Numbered from the whole stretch's first letter, positions 14,196-29,400 are shown. The stretch: 63,674 nt of DNA, filler included, from Platydemus manokwari (GCA_037951405.1; 6 parts of 6 records of this genome joined end to end with filler, not necessarily neighbours in it); one strand, 5' to 3'. Notes: generated by a model not told the origin, from the sequence alone. A program made the numbers and translations.

Positions 14196-17100
14196 TCACG
14201 AAATCATTTTAATCAACGCAGCTGATTTATCCTTGATACTGGGGACGCTGTCGTTGCTATAGCACTGGAGAAGTATCTTCAGTTGTTCTTTCATAAGAAT
14301 AAAGATCTCTGAAAGGTAACGGTAACCATAGTTATAATAATAACCAATCGATAACCTTGATTATTCAATAAAATTTCAATTGTATCCAAGCACGATTCTC
14401 TCAATTGTTTATATTTGCTCATTTCGGGAACGCGTTTCCACGATTTCAGCATTGCTTTGAGGCATTTTATAACAGATCCATATTGTTCACCTTCGGGATC
14501 CAACAACTTTCTGGTAGTGACTACCGACATCCTTAACACGGGTTGCAAATTAATTAATATCTCCAATTAATGAAGAGCAGGACATGATGTGGTATTTGTG
14601 GAGGGATTATTTTGCGAAGAAATATTCAAATATAATGATAACATGTGGTAAATGTGAAAGGTATTAGGATGACTGGAAACTTAACTACAAAGGTTCCTTT
14701 GCTTTGGACTTGAATGGCTAGATGAACAAATATTGGATTGGAGGTGGAATATGTGTATAAATAACACGAGATAGGTAATGGGAATGAAATGATTAATGAT
14801 TCATTTACAAATGACTCGAAACATTTAATTGTCATTCATAAGTCATGTTTCCCTATTTACAGGAAAACAGTGGGTTCCTGGAAAACCTTTGATAAGAGAA
14901 TACTAAGGGAGTTTCAAGCTTATAAAATTTTATTCGTATTTTGAAACACAACTTCCCGCATGTACACCACTTATTAATCTCGATGCCCATGGACCTAACC
15001 TTGTGTGATCAGTGGAACACTTGTATTATCAATAATTATTTCAGAGAAATCCCCGTCCCGAATATTGATTGATCAATAATATCAAATTTAATTTCAATAA
15101 CCATAATAATAATGATAATATATTAGCATTGCAGTACCAATCAATTTTAATCATCATGCTCATCATGATGATTGGATAATAAATCAATAATAAAATAATC
15201 AATATTGTGTACAGCTGAAATAATCAAATTGATTAATAATAATATTCCACAGAAAATCAATACAATACGTCATAGAGGGAAATCATTTGATTTGCTAATA
15301 GAAATTACTTTTTGAAAAGAGATTTGAAGCTCTTGAGAACAGCTATCTGCTGTTTCCATTGGCATTCATCCATGGCTTGAGATAACAGCTGTATGACGGT
15401 CACGAAGTGGGATTCTGAATATTAATGATTAACAATTATCTATGCCCGTGTTGTCATGGTAACAAAACCTTGAACATCGTCATAACTCTTTGGCCACATG
15501 TGTCCGACAACTCTCAACAACATTTCGCGCTCGGCAACATTAACTTGAGCTTCACCCTTCACTATAAGGGGCAACATCATGGGGAACAATGACGTCAAAC
15601 ATTCGTTGTCAAGGATATCCGATACCTTAGCAACAGCTTCGAAAGCTACACAGCGATAGGAAGTATCGCTCTTGCCGGTTTCTTTCATGAGAATCTGTAT
15701 CAACTAATAGCATATTCATTAAAATCGATATCGCACGTGGTGGAAATAATAAAATTTACTCGAGCTCGATCCTGAATGATATCAAGAAGTCCATTTTCAT
15801 CAAGTTGGCGCACAAAACTCATTGTAGCGTATAGCAGGTACACTTTTCCCGGCCAGAATTTCACCTGGAATATAAAGAATATCATTATTATTATTCTATC
15901 AGGTACCGTTAATGATGACGTGAAGGGTTATGATTAATCGATATACCTGAGTGAGAAGGGCATTCAAGAGAGCATTATGCAATTGCCCCCACAAACCGGT
16001 CTCTTGATTGGCCCATTGCCTGCCGATTCCTCTAACGAGAGACATCAACGATAAGCAAGCTTGAGTGCGCAAATGATAAAATGAGCTGCCAAGAGCTTCC
16101 GCCACACAAGCCAAAATGTGGGACATCATGCTCGTAATCACTGATCCCTCGGCTCGCACGCATTCCACCCATGTTTGACTCCACAAAGTTCTGCGCTTCT
16201 GGCAATTCTCGGTTTGCAAGGATAACTTTTTCTGCCCAGTCGAACCACTATCGTTGGTTTCAGGCTCATTCTATAGCGAAATAATTGACAATCGATTAAA
16301 ACAAAAATATCAATAAAATCACTTGTTTAGCCAAAAAGATGAGCGGTAAAGTTGTGACTGAATGGAGCTCAAGTGTTCCAGGAGCATATTTCTCGATACA
16401 GTGGTAAACATGACAACAAGCTAACTGATGCTCCTCGGAATCATGATTTTCAAAATACCAAGACCGAGTTATAACAAATAGCTTCTCGACACTCGATTTC
16501 TGAATGATAAAAATAGCTTGCAAGTATTGTCATTATTATGCCAAATATCATCAAAGCCAGCCCAAATATCAATCAAAATATCATCCCAAATATCATCAAT
16601 ATAATTCCAAATATAATCAATATCACCCCAAATATAATAAATATCACCCCAAATATAATAAATATCACCCCAAATATAATCAATATCACCCCAAATATAA
16701 TCAATATCATCCCAAATATAATCAATATCATCCCAAATATAATCAATATCATCACAAATATCATCAATATCATCCCACATATCATCAATATCATCCCACA
16801 TATCATCAATATTATCACAAATATCATCCCAAATATAATCAATATCATAAATAACTAATGGATTAATCAATATCATTCCAAATATAATCAATATCATCCA
16901 AAATATAATCAATATCATCCCAAATATAATCAATGTCATCCCAAATATAATCAATATCATCCCAAATATAATCAATATCACCCAAAATATAATCAATATC
17001 GTCCCAAATATAATCAATATCATTCTAAATATAATCAATATCATCCCAAATATAATCAATATCATCTCAAATATAATCATATCACAAATAATGGATTAAT

Positions 17101-20100
17101 CAATATTATCATCACAAAGATTATACCTTAGAATATTTCACCAGACAACCGATAGCCTTAGCCATTTCCCTCTGGACCACCTCATTTTTATCGAGCACTG
17201 CGTGTAACAAAGCAGCCAATAATTTCCCAGTAGCGCCCATTAATCGCGACCCACAATGTAAACTGAGATCGATGAGAAATTCTGCTGTACCGCATCTGGT
17301 GGCGAGACCGATACCATGGCGAACGATATCTGCCAGAGGAACAAGTAACTGAGCCTGTGTGTCATCCTCGATATAGCGAATACACTGTAAAAAGATGTCA
17401 AGATGAGAATTGTGTTATAATTTCAGGAGATATCGATTACCGATGTCAATATGTCACCAATAGGTGACTGTTTCGCCATATTGACCCGTTGCATGTCCCA
17501 ACGTTCTCGTGAGTCGTGATTGCCCATACCTGCCAGCTGCTGGCTGATATAGCTGCTCTCGCTCGATTCATGGCTACTGAGGGCTTGCAGGCAGGCAATA
17601 ACGATGCTCGGAACGGCACATCTGATTGCTGCACGCCCACTATGCACGATAACGCAAAGTGTGCTGAGAGCAAATTGGTGAACTTGTGGTAAATTGCTAG
17701 GCAGACCATTTTCGAGAAGCACCGGCACAAGACTCGACAACAAAGGCTCTACAGACTGCCGACGAGCTGGATCATCGAGAATGATGGTGCAGAACTGAAA
17801 TTCATCAAATAAATAGCAATCATATCGTTATTGCTGACCTTCTCCACACTCTTGGCAGTCTCGATAGCAGCATCTTTGATTTCAGATCTCGTGTCGTCCA
17901 TAACTCGAACGAGACATCGAACCAACTCGCCAATATCAGCGAGTATGAGTGGATCAGCAGATTCATGTTTAAGAAGTGCTCGAACTGCTCGACAACAAGC
18001 TTCTCGAACCCTGGCTTGATCACTTACTAGACCGTGACGCAATTCAATGATAATCTCCGGAAAGCATTTCCTAACCTAATCACCAATGGCAACCAACAGT
18101 AACCAATCACAGAAAAGATGTTTATAAAATTATTCATACCAATTCCTGATTGGGTGCAATCACACTCAAATTGTTCCATATTTGCTCCATTGCTTTTTGA
18201 GTTCGTGTGTGAGAATCAAATCGATATCGAAACAATTTCGGAACCATATTGGTGATATGGGGTTCCATTTCCTGGCTGTGTTGCATTAACATATGACACA
18301 AACCAATCGATGCCCCTCCACGAGCGGTCCATTTTCTCTGTCCACTAGCCAGTGGCATAAATGAATAAATAAGATCTGGTTGATTCAGTTCGTTTGCCAA
18401 TGAACACAGTTCTTTATATGTGGCTTTGTTAGATCTGTGCACATAACATCAATCACTATATCTGATATCTCGTCATCACTCACTCTCTAGCTTCTATCTC
18501 AGCATCCGTGAATTTCTCATCTTCTGGCAATCCAGTTTCCAATCGTCCTCTACAAAACCAAACAATACAGAAATCATTGAAAAATATTCTTTGTGAAACC
18601 TCTGTCCATGTAAAATGACTTGAATAAGTTCTTCTGACATTAATTTGCGTTCTGTAGAACTGCTCTGTTCATAAATGATGCCAAGAACACACGATGCGGC
18701 ATCTTGAGCGATTTCTGAGGATATAATGATAATCAAGAAACCATGACAACGAGTGATAGATGTCACCTTCTTTATCACCAAGAACAACCAAAATTCGAGA
18801 ATGTAACAAAGGCAGAGAAATGACAGAATGCCAGCCTAATTTTTGAACGAGATACAAGCTCCATACAGCAGCATTGTGTCGACTAATGCTGTTGCCTTGC
18901 GATAATATTTCGTGGATTTTATTCATAACTATTTGAAGATCTTTCGATACAGCTTTTTTGATGGCCGGTATTTTTTGTGTTGGTAAGGAAAACTGACGCT
19001 CATACCATCGACCTTTATAAGGTGAATAAGGTCCCATGATAATACTGACTATTGTTTGAGCTATAGTTTTATGCAATAATGGATCTTTGATCTGCAATTT
19101 TCAGTTAAATAATAGATCAATGATAAACATATGAATTATGATCATGTATTCATTATAGATACCGATATCAATAAATCATATTATTTCGGTTAAACAATTC
19201 CCGTTGATAAGAAGAATAAATAATAATTCTGCTACTTATTTAATAAAAGTTATACATATAAATATATCAGAATTATTAAATCTTTAAATAGCCAAGTATT
19301 TCTCAATGAACACGTGTTTCTCACAATGTTCAGGAATGTTTTCTTCCAATTTTCAAGTTATAAATGAAACACTTATTGCTCCTTGACTTTATTATTGAAA
19401 GGTTTATATGAATCACTACTTCATTGAGATATTATCGGTTTTAAATAGACTGAAAAAGCATTTAGACCAAGTATCACCCAATGAATGATAAAAATAAGCC
19501 ATATCGATTAAGTATCGCCAAATAATGATAATAATAAACTATATTGATCAAGTATCGCCAATTAATGATAATAATAAGCCATATCGATCAAATATCGCCA
19601 AATAATGATAATAATAAGCCATATCGATCAAATATCGCCAATTAATGATAATAATAAGCCATATCGATTAAGTATCGCCAAATAATTATAATAATAAGCC
19701 ATATCGATCAAATATCGCCAAATAATGATAATAATAAGCCATATCGATCAAATATTGCCAAATAATTATAATAATAAGCCATATCGACCAAGTATCACCC
19801 AATAGTTATAATAATGAGATATATCGATTACTTACCGAGTGTGTCTGCATCAGATGCTCCAAAATAGCCTGAGAATGTACAAAATTGTGCTCACCCATGC
19901 AAAGCGCTGATAATGTGTGCAATGCAGCATCCTTCACCTTAATAGGTGTGTTGGCACCTCGTATGAAACTGAATAAGATGATTTTATCAAATGATTCACA
20001 AAATATTTCTGTTACGTAAGACAATATTTGGCAAGGAGTGCCTTATTTGGCCACACAGATGACGCCTCATCGGAGAATTTACCGGCTGGTAAAAATGCGA

Positions 20101-23100
20101 GGGCGCCCGATTGACAGAGACCAGAAATGCAATCCAGAATTATCCTGAGGGTATCCAATAATAATCCATATAATTGTGCTGATTCAGTAGCAGTGCTTGT
20201 CACAGCGAGAACTGGTTCTATAAGCCAAGCAGAAATCATCATTATTCAAATATCACATTTATCGAGTGAGATGAGCACCTATTTTCTGGAGAAATAGCAT
20301 TGATAATTCTTTAGTATCGACTTTTCTTTGCCGTACAACAATTCTCTCGACCAGATATGAAAAACCCAGCGTATTTCCATGATAAGAATAAGATTGGGGA
20401 ATCGATTTCTGCAATGAGAGCTGTTTTGGATTAAGGATTGGAATAGCTTCTAACATGGACTTTAAATTGGCATCAAGGGAGTTATCATCCTCCATTTCCA
20501 GAGCTAGAAGCGCGTGAGCACTAGCACAATTTTCCCTGTTAAACAATTCATCCTGGCAGTCACTGAGCAATAAATTCTAGAAGAAAAGCATGATGAACAC
20601 GTTACAAGCACATGTGTGGTATGCCGCTTTATTAAATTCAATCGGATCGGATACACCGCATTAACTATTACGAGATAAAAGAGATATTTATTACCTTGGT
20701 GCGATGAAGAATAATTCCTTCCTTGGTAGGTAATATCTTAGATGAAGCTGCAATAATTTCCTCGAGGAAATTCATGAAATCTATCGAAGGATGTGTAATT
20801 AACGGTGATGGCAATGAAAGTGAAGGAGTGCACTTACAATTCTTGGTATAATAAATCACTTGAACAAGTTTGCAATACATTTCCAATGCTTTCGATGACG
20901 AGATATCACTTTCAGAATTCTCTTGGGCTGTTTCAAAATATTGTATGTTTCGATATATGCGGTACCGATAATCGTCGACATTGTCATAAACTAATTCTCG
21001 TTTCATCACATCAGTCAAGCCAACATCAAGTGATAAAATGCACATTCGTATGTACTCAACAACCTGTATGGATTTAGGTTAGGATAATAAATAAATATTA
21101 ATAACAAATAAATCGATAATAAAACCATAGGAGAATCATATTTAATGAAGAATGAATGGGTTTAATAGCATTTAATTAACTCAATCCGTTGATGTATTTG
21201 ATATTGATGAGGGGAAGATGTCACAAAATACATCAATTAATAATGTACCGCTTATTGTTGTTGCTGATGTCACCATTTCAACACCCAATATCATCTCAAT
21301 TCAGATATTAAATAACAAGATCGTGTCAATAATAGAAAATCAATTATTATTATTGATATAACTGAAATCAACTCCCCATTACATCATAGCTTTATATCAT
21401 AGGTTTAAAATCGAATAAATTGGTCCAGTGAAAACATTTCTTTCCCAAACTATGATTTTAATTTCTAATAAGCTTAATTTTCATCAATAAAACAATAATT
21501 AAAAATATTTTTTATCCTGTTCAATTCAATTGGCAGAAAATCAATAAAATTTCACAATTGACTCGAATCGAACAAATATGTTCAGAAAGAAAATGAAAAC
21601 CGAAATATTAGTTAATCTCGATAAGTGTATTTTTAAAAAATCGGTTATTTTTCTAATTTTGTAAAAAAAATAAATTAATTATTGATGAAATATTTCATAT
21701 AAATAATTAATTAAATAAATATTTAAAATAATTAATTAACTAATTAAATATTTCAAATAAATAATTAATAAAAAAATAAATATTTCATATAAATAATTAA
21801 ATAAATATTTCAAATAATTAATTAACTAATTAAATATTTCAAATAAATAATTAATTAATTAAATATTTCAAATAAACAATTAATTAAAAAATAAATATTT
21901 CAAATAAATAATTGGTTTTATATTTGAGGTTTCACATTTTGATTTCATATAAGAGGATGCCCTTCAATGATAATCAATAATGAACCGTGATATTACATCA
22001 TATGGAACCATGTAATTATACGGAACAGCCAATGAACATGAAGAGATTATAAACAAAATAACAATTGAATAATAATAACAATAAAAAATTCAATAAAATA
22101 TTGATAAAATGACATCAAATAAACTCACAGGGATCAATTTGACAGGATCTGAGAAGAGATTTCTATTGTAGAGATGTCCATGCTGTGAAGAATAATTAAT
22201 TATTAATATATAATATCCAAATATATTGATATCAATGATAAATCAATATCCAATAATATCCAATCAATGATAAATCAATATCCAATAATATCCAATCAAT
22301 GATAAATCAATATCCAATAATATCTAATCATACATAATTGACGAGATCCACAAAATAAGGCAATTTCACATTTCTCATGACAATGTCGTGTTGTGCCGAT
22401 AACGTGAACAATTCGCTGAATACATGTTCGGCCTCTTCTCGCACAGATTTGCTCCTGGAATAATGTTTAACAATCATCATCACCATCACCATAGTAACAA
22501 TCATACTGGTCTCCCAAAGCTTCTAAAAGTAAGAATCGCGTCGGTATATGAACAGAAGAATAGACCAATCCGGCGAAATACACCACTGCCACTCGACATT
22601 CCTCTTCTTCCTGTAAATAAATGTTGCCATGTCAACCCGACACAAGTAATTGTTGCGATTAAAATTTACCCGGTTAAAATTATGATAAAGAATATTTTCC
22701 AATTTTCCCGATGCTGTCGAATCTTCACCGACATTCTTGTTTTGAAAAATGATGGCAATATTTCTCAGACAATCTTTTACAGCTTCTTTCAGATCTGTAT
22801 CGATATGCTGGAGAAATATGCGAATAATAATCATAATAATAAATCAATTTTGGGCTCACAGGATTACAAAGGGAATCAAATAGTTGAGACAAATAATTCG
22901 TGTCTAATAATAGAAATCGATGATTCCTCTTTAATACTTGTGGAATCAAATTAAGAGCCTTAGTTTTCAGATTGGATTCCTGGATAAATCATTAATTGTT
23001 GTGAATGATCAATTGATAATTAATAAAATGAGACTGACATGTTGATCAAATTGTTTCTGCATGAATGAGATCAGATTCTTTAACAGTAGCTCAGATATTT

Positions 23101-23120
23101 CATCAGTGACATCACTGCAA
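14196..23120 (-). CDS. ECPAS: Proteasome adapter and scaffold protein ECM29, multi-exon (>20 exons), 5' part missing beyond the contig end
   Basis: Spliced GT-AG exons give diagnostic ECM29 segments: CRVAVVYFAGLVYSSVHIPTRFLLLEALGD/SVREEAE, TYKELCSLANELNQPDLIYSFM, MVPKLFRYRFD...AMEQIWNNL, RVREACCRA, FWPGKVYLL, QWKQQIAVLKS. Last exon 14308-14196 ends IKDKSAALIKMIS*. Confidence 0.93.
16540..17110. repeat. 21-bp minisatellite (AATATAATCAATATCATCCCA)n, ~25 copies, inside an ECM29 intron
   Basis: Direct inspection shows a 21-nt period. It explains the four overlapping low-complexity ORFs (PNIINII, KYNQYHP, MILIIFG, DDIDYIW). Confidence 0.95.
19465..19805. repeat. 40-bp minisatellite (AATAATGATAATAATAAGCCATATCGATCAAATATCGCCA)n, ~8 copies, intronic in ECM29
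   Basis: Head-to-tail units with a 40-nt period and no spacers. Confidence 0.93.
21688..21912. repeat. Degenerate AT-rich tandem repeat (AAATATTTCAAATAAATAATTAATTAA-like), intronic
   Basis: AAATATTTCA(A/T)ATAAATAATT recurs about 8 times at ~24-31 nt spacing. Confidence 0.8.
22231..22330. repeat. 32-bp tandem repeat x3 (ATCAATGATAAATCAATATCCAATAATATCCA), intronic in ECM29
   Basis: Three near-perfect consecutive units. Confidence 0.9.
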
Positions 23121-24283
23121 CTAAATATGTACATATAATGACAATCAGAACCAATGCACCCATACATATATCCATAACATATCACATCAAAACCAGACTA
23201 ATTGAATGAGAATCAATGAAGAACCAATGGAAACACATTGGAAATATGGTCAATGTTTGGAATCATATATCAGTATAATTGTATTTATTTATTCACATAT
23301 TTATTTCACATATCAAATAGCTCAATTGCAATGATTGGTCAAAATAACATCAATCATTGAATGATTCCTAATTGCCTAATATCTACACATGTGACAGTAT
23401 GTTATAAAGATGTTATCTTATGCGAATAAATAATTGTTGGACCTTAAATATCAAGTTTGTATATCAATAAATGGATGTGATAAATATGTGAGACTCACAT
23501 ATTATAGATTATCAGTAAATGAAATGCCTGTAAACAATGGAAATATTGCTGGATCAAACTGCAAGAAAAACTTGATTTTGCAACCCATATGATGATCTCA
23601 ATATAAATTCATTATCACGTCCTAAATGTCCAGGAATTGAGAAATGCTTATTTCATTGTTTTATATGGTTATGTTTCATATAGAAATATTATAATAATAT
23701 GATAGAAATAGAATATTTTTAAAATATCCATCGACCATTACAGAGGCAAATTGTGGAAGGAATATTTTTATTCCCACCATATCAACCAATTATAGAGGGT
23801 CTGCCATACACACCTCCAATACCCCATGACTTTTGATAAGTTGTAAAAATTTTAGATGAGCGCTGTGCTATTTTTATCGGAAGAAATCTGTTATTAATAT
23901 TTGAAAAAAGTTAATAAATTATAAATTTATATTTAATAAATAATAATAATCATAATAATTCGTATGTAATTTAATTAAATTAATATTTTAATTAATCCAA
24001 AAAAATTTTCATTTTCGACGTAAATTTTAATTTGAATTGTTTTTAAATCAAAACAGTAAATTATTTCATATTAATTTTAATTATTTTTATTCCAATATAA
24101 TTTATAATTATTATGTTTAAATAAATCCGATTTTACTGTAAGGCCAATCATAGTGAATTAATGATTTTCTTTACAAATATTTGTTAAAATACACACAAGA
24201 AATCCAAGATAGAATAAAATGAAACAAAAACAAGGAACAGGCGTTCATAAATAATATTTAAATGAATATAACGAAGAAATTAA

Positions 24284-24383
24284 NNNNNNNNNNNNNNNNN
24301 NNNNNNNNNNNNNNNNNNNNNNNNNNNTTAATTAATTAANNNNNNNNNNNNNNNNNNNNNNNNNNNNNNNNNNNNNNNNNNNN
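24284..24383. other. Artificial contig linker
   Basis: N44-TTAATTAATTAA-N44. Confidence 0.97.
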
Positions 24384-26401
24384 ATAAATACTGAGACCGA
24401 GATGGTCAAATGCCAGTGTATTGGAGTCAGCAGAGTTAGCTGTTAAAGTGTTAGATGTTACTTTGCGTTTATGTTGAAAATTTTATTAGATTGTTTGGAG
24501 GTAAATTTGTATAATTGTGATTAATAGATTATTTATAATTGTTTTTCCATTTTTATATTCAACAGATTTCACAACTGTTCTTAAGGAGAATTTTGATTCC
24601 TGTTGACATTTGGATCAAGTTTTATTACTCTTTCAATCATGAATTATTTCTTAAACATTTTAAGCTTAAAAATCCCTGACAACTTTGGAAAAAATATAAA
24701 ATTAAAAAAAACTATTTCTCTTCTATGCTGTCTTTCAACGATTGTATAAAATTGGTTTTCTTATTTGAGATTTTTTTTCTCCAGAATTAAATGCCTCGGG
24801 AAAATTGATTTCGGATAATCACCAATTAAGGACTTTTCTCTTACCATATAAATTAATAAATATCTTTATTCGTTTGTTGATAGATTACCGCAATAACTAC
24901 TTCCTAAGATGGATAAAAGGCTGAACAAAAATAAAAGCCTTATTTGGAAAATATCACATAACGTTGGGTCATTTTTTATGGCTTCACTTCTGGAGGTCAC
25001 AGCACAAAAACATTAAAAATAAGTGTCCTTCATTATTGGATTTAGATAATATAGACAAATATTTTTAAAAGAACATAACAGATAAATTAACAAACAAAAT
25101 AGGGCAACCAATTATGGTAAAACATGTTATAATAAAACAGATTGAAGAATAAACATAAAATAAAGATGAAAGTGGAAAATATTAGTTGGGAAGTCGTGAA
25201 GACAAACTTTTTATCCAAGGTTACGTAGAGAAAAAGCTGCTAAAGATTCTGTCCAGAAATCGAAAAATTTGTAATTGAAAATAACCGAGTTAAATAAATA
25301 AAAGTATTATTACTTATAAAATATATTTAAAATATTTTAAGCCTTACTTAGAATTTTTTTTATGCAATCGCACGATGGTCAAGCTTAATAAAAACGGAGT
25401 TGATCCGCTGACAAATCTGATATGCGGGCAGAAAGACTACTCTGGGCAGTACAAGTACAATTCCAAATAATTTTACGATTTCTATTTTTGTCGTTTACAG
25501 ATCATCCACATTATTCCGCTATACATTACTATAGGAGGAAAATATCTTACTTTTCCTTCAGTTCTGGTTAAACAATAAAGAGAAATTTCCTCTTCGCTTA
25601 TTTACGTTTGTTAATCATTTTTTCTCGTTAAAATTCTACAATCAGCTTTTTTCTGTCGATGTTCTACTAATCTTCACCTGACAGCCTCGGTATTTATAAC
25701 GTTTGACTAGCACCGATATGCAATAAATGTCATACATCAAAATCAATTTTTATTTTTATTTTTCTAAATCGGTGTGTTCACATAAATTTTTAAAAGGTTA
25801 AAAGAATTAATTTATTCACATCTTTTATTTATGTTGAATTTGTATATAATTTTATTTATGCATTGACTTTCATTATTTTTTTATATCCTGTTATTAAATT
25901 ATTACTTATATTTTAATTGACAGATGTATTTTGTTTAAGTTTAATTTTGTGGAGTTTTCACTTCCAGTTGATTCGAATCTCTCAATGAAAGAATGAATTG
26001 ACTTAAAATTGATTGATCTACTGTAAAAATATTCCAAATGTCGTGCCACTTCGAGAAAATTTATTGTTTTAGTATAGATGTACACTAATCAAACAAAGAA
26101 TAATCAAAAGAATTTGAATTTTTAAAGTTAGTAGAAATTATTGATTGCGACACAATGAATATCCTAATTAAATATTTAATTAATCTCGCAGTTTTTGTTT
26201 TGGAGTAAAACGCTGTGTGAAATAATACAATTTTCAGAATTATTTTAAAAGTTTGTAAATCGATAATTTAATAAAAGCTAAACTCCACGTTGTTAATTTA
26301 AAATAAATAAAACATTATCATTTTAATTTCAAATTTACTTCTTATTGAGATCTCAAAATATCATATAATAGTGTATAAAAATAAAAAAGAAAATAACTTA
26401 C

Positions 26402-29400
26402 ATTTACCACACAAAACGAATCACTGCTAACTTCTTCATTTGGTAAAAGAGGTTTTTGAAGGATTTTAAAATTATAAATAATCTATTAATAAAATGGTTA
26501 ATAAATAAATAAAATAAATTAATAAAATAAAAAATAAATTTAATTCTTAGTTCTAAACAAATTTTACTTTGAATTCCTTTTGACCTCGACTACCCTCCAT
26601 AGATATGTTTTTATCCATAGCGAGCTAAATAATAATTAAAACAACAATAGCATGTAAAAAATATCTTCAGTATTGAAAACATTTATAATGGACAAAAATA
26701 AGAAGTATAAAGTGAGTTGATCTAATTTATTGAAATGCCAATATTTTCTATCCGGAATATATAAGTACTTTTATAGCTATACTGACTTGTTGAAAACAAT
26801 CGAAAGATAGAATATTTACAAATAGATGTTGTTTGTAATAAAGGGTATGTATATGTGTGTGTACATAGAAAGAAAATTCAGAAACGGTAAAGTATTAAAA
26901 ATGCGAGTATTTTTTAGACTGAATGTAAGACTGACAGTGTCCTTTGTAGCTTTAACCTTTAGCTTTACACAAGCAATACTTTTGAAAATCAAAAGTGCAA
27001 ATGATGATATCGTGTAGAAAACTGTTGAAAATATTGTATCTGTTTTATTTTTTGTCTAACTGGAAACAAATTGAGCACATGGGGCTTACGGCCACATTAG
27101 TCTACCCTATGGAATCAGTGGGTTGGGCGGAACCTTACATGAAAACCACTGGTATGCATGTTATTAATAATATAAACTAAATGACAAATTAATCATTATT
27201 TTTCCATTACATTAAAATCTCACCGCGAAAATATTTGGCATATCCTTGATCATACCCATAACTGGACAGATTCCTTTAACTTTTGTCAGAATGACTTCTT
27301 CCAATCTTTCAATAGCAATATATTATCTTCAAGATTAATTTTTATCATTTACCTGCTATTTGAAACCACTTCTTTTGCGCTATTTAAATTCTTCAATTTC
27401 AAACAGTGCATGAAGAATGTCATATTTTGATTGTCAAACAAAATCGATGCTCCATGGGTCAATAAAAGTCCAACAACATTGCTACGATCATTGATAGCAG
27501 CAACGTGTAGGGCAGTTTTCTGGAAAATAATTTCAAAAATTATATTGTTCGACAAGCAAATCATAAAAATAATCCCTAGAGTTTCAAACCGGCCCCTTAT
27601 ATTATCAAAATCAAATCATATTAAAATATTTATGTAATGCATTTAATAGACCATTAGATATCCGAGAATTGATTTGAATTTACCGTATATGAATCTGTTA
27701 ATTTCTATTTGAAACCAATGAAAAAAATCATCACACAAATCTAATAAGTCAGCATTGTATTCCAAATGTGGATACGTTTGATAAAGAAAAGAAATGTTTT
27801 GAATAGAGAATCGTTATTATAAGCCGTTATTATTTTACAAAAGACGCATCGAAAACAAACCAAAAAGTCACGACATCAAATTATATTTTAATGCAAATAT
27901 TTAAACAAAATAATTTGATTTTATACAAAACATTTTAAATATAATTAAATTTTATATAAAAATAAATCTTTCAAATATATATTTCAATTTAAAATGCTTA
28001 CAGCTATAAATATTATTTATTACTGACAAATTCAAGTAGATAATTTTATTCCATGAAAATAAAGTCGACGAAGACAAAATTAAGTTAGACATCTATGTCT
28101 TTTGATTTATTAATGAAGTTAACTAAAAACGCTGTCTCAGCACATCATATAATCCAGAAGAGGAGATGATTTTTAGCATATGTTGAAAATTTTTTTAAAA
28201 CATTTATAATCATTCGATTTAAATAGACCTGGAATGATTTTACGAAAGAGTAGTCACTACTGGTTACAGAATCAAATTCTCTGATATTACAGAATGTTAT
28301 TCACAGTTTAAATATTTTTGTTCACTTTATCAAACAACTGTGTCCATTAGAGACTGATTAAAACATGAATTAATATTTCGAGACAAACAAAATATGACGA
28401 CGGCTTAACCGTATTAAAAAATCCAAAACTATATGCAATTAAGTAGTAAATGATAAATTGGTTATTTAGAGATAGCATTAAGCCGGGAAATGATAATTAT
28501 TGCAATTATTGACTGAGATTGTCCTGTTTTCAGAGGTTGATCCATGTTCTACTAAATCCGTAACATAAAATAATAATTATGACTGCATTAATGATCAGAA
28601 TATGTGAAAAATTCCTTGATCTAATCCAGTTCAGTCAATGAATATAAAGTAGAGATAGAAAAAAATTACAAAACTGGCTTCAGGAAACTTTGGAAAACGA
28701 TATGATAATTTATCATGTTATAACGGATATGCGAAATAATAAGAGCAATTAACACTGCAGTTTTTTAATGTTGTGATATTAATAATAATAATATATTTAT
28801 TTTTAATAATAATAACAATAATAATATCAGTAAAAGTGTTAATAACTATGATAATTCTATTATTCATAATAATAATATATAATGAATATAAAATAGAAAA
28901 ATTACTCCTTCTTGATTTTGATTATCCAAAAGCGCCGGATTGATTTCGATTAAATATTGACAAGATTCGATGTGGCCATTCTCTGCGGCGTAATGTAAAG
29001 GAGTATTGCCATGGTAACACCTGAAATATAACTTTAGGATTTTTTTTACCAAAAATAAAAATAAAATAAGCTATCAGATAACTCACTCTTTTTTCTAAAC
29101 GTGATATTCTTATTTTTGGATTTGATTGGAAATTAAATTATTATCGGCTAAATCTAAACCTTGAAATTCTCTTTTCGGATGTAAATTCACAGAAAGAAAT
29201 CACACATGTCCATGATAAAATTACACACAAACCTGAATTAATAAACAACCCAACAAATGCAATCAAGATTCCAACCAAAATAAAAACAAATAACTAAAAC
29301 CATTGTAAAACTGAGATTCGAGAATTGAAGTTAAACTGCAATTGCTGCTAATGCGTAATCACAGCGTTATAAAAGCAGAAAGACAATCGACTCGATGCCA

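Noticed and set aside
14686-15019. Candidate ECM29 microexons (15019-15000, 14877-14861, 14717-14689) that could splice in frame
   Set aside because: The phase-2 donor near 15308 joins directly to the TTAAG acceptor at 14532 and gives a spacing closer to known ECM29, so the microexons are not needed. RNA-seq would settle it.
16469-17080. Four overlapping repetitive ORFs (PNIINII, KYNQYHP, MILIIFG, DDIDYIW) as real proteins
   Set aside because: They are translations of a 21-bp intronic minisatellite lying between ECM29 exons.
19465-19805. Regular 40-bp periodic array as a CRISPR-like locus
   Set aside because: Units are head-to-tail with no unique spacers, lie in a eukaryotic intron, and no cas genes are present.
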